In this document: piece after piece, positions 62,826 through 64,000 of the stretch
How positions within the stretch are numbered: the first letter of the stretch is position 1
Layout of the letters: every line of letters starts with the position of its first letter
Assembly: GCF_023055435.1 (NCBI RefSeq)
Contig: NW_025964001.1
Coordinates: forward strand, 35,588,001 to 35,652,000
DNA length: 64,000 bases
Reading direction: 5' to 3'
Origin: Haliotis rufescens
Lineage: Eukaryota
The notes under the pieces: model-generated
Seen by the model: only the letters and a program-made list of their open reading frames with translations
Databases searched by the model: none
What the model was told of the DNA's origin: nothing
Program-made: the position numbers and the translations under genes

Positions 62826-64000
62826 CTGGTCTGAAAGAGGCGATGCTTGTGTTAAGACTGCATAGGTGATTAAGGATGATTGGATTTTTTTTTCACCTTT
62901 TGTGTATTATCAAAGTCACAAAATGTGTAACATGTGAAATTATGTGCCTTATCTTGGAACAACGGTTGTGGTTGGTTTTTTGATTGACGAAAGTTGGACA
63001 GGCGCGGGGTTTTATTGTTTTTATATGCTTTTGTTTGTATGTGAATTGCGAAGTTTCAAAGGCAAAAAATGTTTTAGGCAGTTACTAGTGTGTTGGGTTC
63101 GAAAGAACACATTCGATATATGCCAATGTTATTTCAAAGATTCATTTATTTTTTGAAGTTATAATCTAGATCGCACTCCAATGACCTCGAGCAGATTTAC
63201 TGAGAGATGCAAAGAAAATGTTTTTTGTGGTTATCAACTCTGCGGGAAATAAAAATTTTAAATAATATATTCCCTTTTGATAAATATGTTTTATTGATTA
63301 TTTCAGTGTTTGTAACAGATGCTCGGTAATTTGACACACAATGTGTGTTGTCATCGATACTACTTTTAGATATTGCTTTTATGTGCCTAGCTCCGAGGCG
63401 CAATTCGTTTCTTCTGTGGTTATCGATTATTGATTCAACATCTGCACATACAAATGGGTCAACACAAACATTTTGTAATTATACAGGCCAAAATATAGCT
63501 TTAATCATCGTCAAGCAAACATGTTGATTTAACATAAACATGTAACTGCGATCATGTTTAAGAATGGCTTTGATATGTTGCTTAGAATATCGGGTATAAA
63601 TATTGCATTCCAGGGTTTTATGCTCGGGTAATCATTAATTTATTCCCAAAAATAAATATCACAGTGGAGACACCAGAAAAGGGCTTCCCACATTGTACCC
63701 ATGTGGGGAATTGAACCCAGGTCTTCAGTGTGACAAGAGAAGACAGAATACAAACAAGAGAATACCTATTTATTTACTTTAAAAACGAACACAGTCCTTT
63801 GACAAACATTTTACTCACTATCGTCCCTGACAGCTGTATTGTGAAACAAGAAGCAATATATTTTGTTTTTATTAATCTACATTACATAGTTTTCGCTGTC
63901 GGTTTCATTACTTCCGACTTACAGACAAGATTTTCAAATCTATCAAATTAAGAGTGAGGTAAAGTCCCTCTTTCAACATTGACAAATCTATTTCACAATA

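Overview
This is AT-rich, intron-rich animal genomic DNA. The SINE families and gene content suggest a marine mollusc, possibly an abalone-like gastropod (inference). Most of the window is a tandem segmental duplication: copy 1 spans ~4160-23380 and copy 2 spans ~23620-55930. Each copy carries the 3' exons of a Thr-rich/PLAT gene, a complete 4-exon gene for a secreted PAN/Apple + mucin-like + PLAT protein, and part of a convergent polypeptide GalNAc-transferase gene. The full GALNT7-like gene can be assembled from 12 exons at 49555-62825 (minus strand, 575 aa) and has atypical catalytic and lectin motifs. Copy 2 alone contains a 10,346-bp Maverick/Polinton (adintovirus-like) element at 28455-38800. 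It has AGTA...TACT ends, ~0.45-kb TIRs and a 6-bp TSD (CTTATG), and the empty site is visible in copy 1 at 9925-9930. It retains integrase, packaging ATPase, major and minor capsid, adenain-like protease and small virion genes, mostly with frameshifts or stops. No protein-primed DNA polymerase B is recognisable. Also present are a SINE-disrupted Tc1 (DD34E) transposon, several tRNA-derived SINE families, MITEs, LINE/Penelope fragments, satellites and a minisatellite built from a GALNT splice donor. All exon models and alignments were read by eye; no database searches were run.
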